A stretch of DNA of 64,000 nucleotides. Origin: Roseibium sp. (GTDB lineage: Bacteria > Pseudomonadota > Alphaproteobacteria > Rhizobiales > Stappiaceae). Positions 61,624 through 64,000 of this stretch are shown in pieces. Under the pieces are notes generated by a model. That model saw nothing but the letters and a program-made list of their open reading frames with translations. It made no database searches and had not been told where the DNA came from. The stretch covers positions 141,362 through 205,361 of the forward strand of contig NZ_JBLXGP010000001.1 of assembly GCF_048260565.1 (NCBI RefSeq). The letters run 5' to 3'. The position numbers and the translations under genes were made by a program. How positions within the stretch are numbered: the first letter of the stretch is position 1; each line of letters opens with the position of its first letter.

Positions 61624-63045
61624 ATGAGCGAAGCAACGTCCGCTTCCAAGGGACTGAAGCTCACCAACACGATGATCCGATCGAAAGAGGACTTCGTCCC
61701 GATCGATCCGGCGAACGTGCGCATGTATGTCTGCGGCCCGACTGTCTATGATTTTGCTCATATCGGTAATGCGCGACCGGTGATCGTCTTCGACGTCCTG
61801 TTCCGTCTGCTGCGCCACCTCTATGGCGCGGATCACGTCACCTACGTCCGCAACATCACCGACGTCGACGACAAGATCAACGCGCGGGCCCTTCGCGATT
61901 TCGGCTCCGAGATCGAGGCCGGCCGCATGAGCCTTAACGACGCCATCCGCAAGGTGACGGAAAAAACCGCCGATCAGTATCATGACGATGTGCGGGCACT
62001 GGGTTGCCTCGATCCGACCGTGGAACCGCGGGCGACGGAACATATTCCCGGCATGATTAATATGATCGAGACCCTGATCGCTCGCGGCCATGCCTACGCG
62101 GCGGATGGGGAGGTGCTGTTCGATACGGCCTCCATGCCGACGTATGGAGCCTTGTCCAAGCGCAATCTCGACGAACAGAAGGCCGGCGCGCGCATCGCGG
62201 TCGAAAGCCACAAGAAGCACCCGGGTGATTTCGTTCTCTGGAAGCAGTCATCCGCCGAGGAGCCGGGCTGGGACAGCCCCTGGGGCCGGGGACGGCCCGG
62301 CTGGCACATCGAATGCTCGGTCATGAGCGAGGCGCATCTGGGCGAGGTGTTCGACATCCACGGCGGCGGGCTCGACCTGATCTTTCCCCACCACGAAAAC
62401 GAGATCGCCCAGTCCTGCTGCGCCCACGGCAACGACCGTATGGCCAACTACTGGCTCCACAACGGCTTCGTGCAGGTGGAAGGCAGGAAGATGTCCAAGT
62501 CGGAGGGCAATTTCGTCACCATCCATGACCTTCTGCACACGGAAGCCTTCGGCGGCCGCAAGTGGCCGGGCGAGGTCCTGCGTCTCGCCATGCTGATGAC
62601 CCACTACCGGGAACCGATCGACTTTTCCGTCCGCAAGCTGGAAGAGGCGGAACGGCTGCTGTCCAAGTGGCCGGATCTCGTTGAAGGGGCGGAAATGCCC
62701 GCACGCGAAGTCCTCGACGCGCTCGACGACGACCTGAACACCGTCGCGGCCATTCAGGCATTGCATGCGCTCGCGTCGGAGGCGCAAAAGGATCCCGCAA
62801 GGCTGGCGGAGTATTCAGCGTCTGCGGCCCTGTTGGGTCTCGCGCCGGTCAAGGCGGAAACCGGCAACCTCGACAACGCGGCCATCGATGCCCGTGTCGC
62901 CGAACGCCTTGCCTTTATCGAAGCGAAAAACTGGGCGGATGCAGACCGGATCCGCGATGAACTGGCCTCTGAAGGAATTCTGCTAAAGGATTCAAAAGAC
63001 TCCGAAACCGGCCAGCGCATCACCACCTGGGAGGTTAAGCGGTGA
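61624..63045 (+). CDS. cysS: Cysteine--tRNA ligase
   Basis: [44 protein letters not shown]. Confidence 0.98.
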   Translation: MSEATSASKGLKLTNTMIRSKEDFVPIDPANVRMYVCGPTVYDFAHIGNARPVIVFDVLFRLLRHLYGADHVTYVRNITDVDDKINARALRDFGSEIEAGRMSLNDAIRKVTEKTADQYHDDVRALGCLDPTVEPRATEHIPGMINMIETLIARGHAYAADGEVLFDTASMPTYGALSKRNLDEQKAGARIAVESHKKHPGDFVLWKQSSAEEPGWDSPWGRGRPGWHIECSVMSEAHLGEVFDIHGGGLDLIFPHHENEIAQSCCAHGNDRMANYWLHNGFVQVEGRKMSKSEGNFVTIHDLLHTEAFGGRKWPGEVLRLAMLMTHYREPIDFSVRKLEEAERLLSKWPDLVEGAEMPAREVLDALDDDLNTVAAIQALHALASEAQKDPARLAEYSASAALLGLAPVKAETGNLDNAAIDARVAERLAFIEAKNWADADRIRDELASEGILLKDSKDSETGQRITTWEVKR

Positions 63046-63539
63046 CACAGTCTCATTCCCACTCCGGCGGCTGCCAGTGCGGGGCGGTGCGGTTTCGGGT
63101 CGATGGGCCGCTCGGAAAGGCCTCGATCTGTCATTGCCGCATGTGCCAGAAGGCCTTCGGGTCCTTTTATGCGCCGCTGGTCGGCCTAAAAAAGGGGGCG
63201 GAACTGACCTGGACCCGGGGCGAGCCCGCCCGCTTCCAGAGTTCGAACCACGTCCGTCGGGGCTTTTGCCGGGACTGCGGCACGCCCCTGACATACGAGG
63301 CTCCCGATGACCTGGGCTTGGCCATCGGCGCCTTCGATCATCCCGAAGAGATCGCGCCGACGGTTCAGTACGGCGTGGAAGGCAAGCTGCCTTATGCGGA
63401 TAAACTGCCCGGCTTGCCGGCGACCCGAACCGAACAAGACGAGATCGCGCTGCCATTTCTCGCCACCATGGTGACCTATCAACACCCGGACCACGACACG
63501 GAAAACTGGCCGGCCCAAGACGCTGGCGACAGGAATTAG
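63042..63539 (+). CDS. GFA (CENP-V) family protein
   Basis: [27 protein letters not shown]. Confidence 0.92.
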   Translation: MTQSHSHSGGCQCGAVRFRVDGPLGKASICHCRMCQKAFGSFYAPLVGLKKGAELTWTRGEPARFQSSNHVRRGFCRDCGTPLTYEAPDDLGLAIGAFDHPEEIAPTVQYGVEGKLPYADKLPGLPATRTEQDEIALPFLATMVTYQHPDHDTENWPAQDAGDRN

Positions 63540-63543
63540 AAAA

Positions 63544-64000
63544 ATGACAAGGGAACGCCTCTACCTTTTCGACACCACGCTCCGCGACGGCGCGCAGACC
63601 AGCGGCATCGATTTTTCCGTGACCGAAAAGATCGCGATTGCCGAGCTGCTCGACCGTCTGGGGGTGGATTATGTGGAGGGCGGCTATCCGGGCGCCAATC
63701 CGACCGATAGCGAGTTCTTTTCCGAAAAGAGGACGAACAGGGCGACGTTCACCGCCTTCGGCATGACCAAGCGCGCCGGCCGGTCGGTGTCCAACGACCC
63801 GGGCCTGCAGGAAATCCTGGCGGCCAAGGCCGACGCCTGCTGCTTCGTCGCCAAGAGCTGGGACTATCATGTCGATGTGGCGCTTGGCTGCACCAACGAG
63901 GAAAACCTGGAGTCCATTGCCGATACGGTGAAGGCGGCCGTCGCCTCCGGCCGGGAGGCGATGATCGACTGCGAGCATTTCTTTGACGGTTACAAGGCCA
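63544..64000 (+). CDS. cimA: Citramalate synthase (5' part; runs off the right edge)
   Basis: Hand translation from ATG 63544: MTRERLYLFDTTLRDGAQT..VEGGYPGANPTD..AFGMTKRAG..VAKSWDYHV..DCEHFFDGYK. Confidence 0.9.
   Translation, partial: MTRERLYLFDTTLRDGAQTSGIDFSVTEKIAIAELLDRLGVDYVEGGYPGANPTDSEFFSEKRTNRATFTAFGMTKRAGRSVSNDPGLQEILAAKADACCFVAKSWDYHVDVALGCTNEENLESIADTVKAAVASGREAMIDCEHFFDGYKA

Overview
GC-rich alphaproteobacterial chromosome segment, probably Hyphomicrobiales (Roseibium/Stappia-like; inferred from gene content and order only). No CRISPR array, prophage, rRNA or intact IS is visible. The left third holds the 5' part of an RkpA/WcbR-like type I PKS. It is followed by a large methylated-amine/one-carbon cluster: non-pyrrolysine MttB/MtgB, a dimethylglycine-dehydrogenase-like flavoprotein, a homocysteine methyltransferase, a RACo activator, a pterin-binding methyltransferase, a Virulence_fact protein, DUF1638, a corrinoid protein and Fhs. 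Together these look like a MetH split into separate proteins. A small-protein/IS5-relic patch interrupts this cluster. The middle holds a hydrolase-ligA-ligB-yciI operon, a GlxA-family regulator, fpr, a TPR-glycosyltransferase with a SAM methyltransferase, TspO, tRNA-Val(CAC), a soluble PilZ chemoreceptor, rpiA-DUF2059-gor, and two CHASE4-like GGDEF genes flanking a Tat-exported flavin amine oxidase. The right third is mostly housekeeping (DAHP synthase, nadE, gltX, creA, L,D-transpeptidase, cysS, cimA). The most interesting patterns are: (i) Arg-rich terminal tails on exactly the four enzymes expected to dock on the corrinoid protein, which has a very acidic N-terminus; (ii) a 21-bp-periodic GTCG tandem motif upstream of four genes/operons of the C1 cluster; (iii) the diguanylate cyclase/amine oxidase cassette; (iv) the LigAB mini-operon; (v) two different inverted REP doublets. 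All family assignments come from motif recognition by eye, not from database searches.
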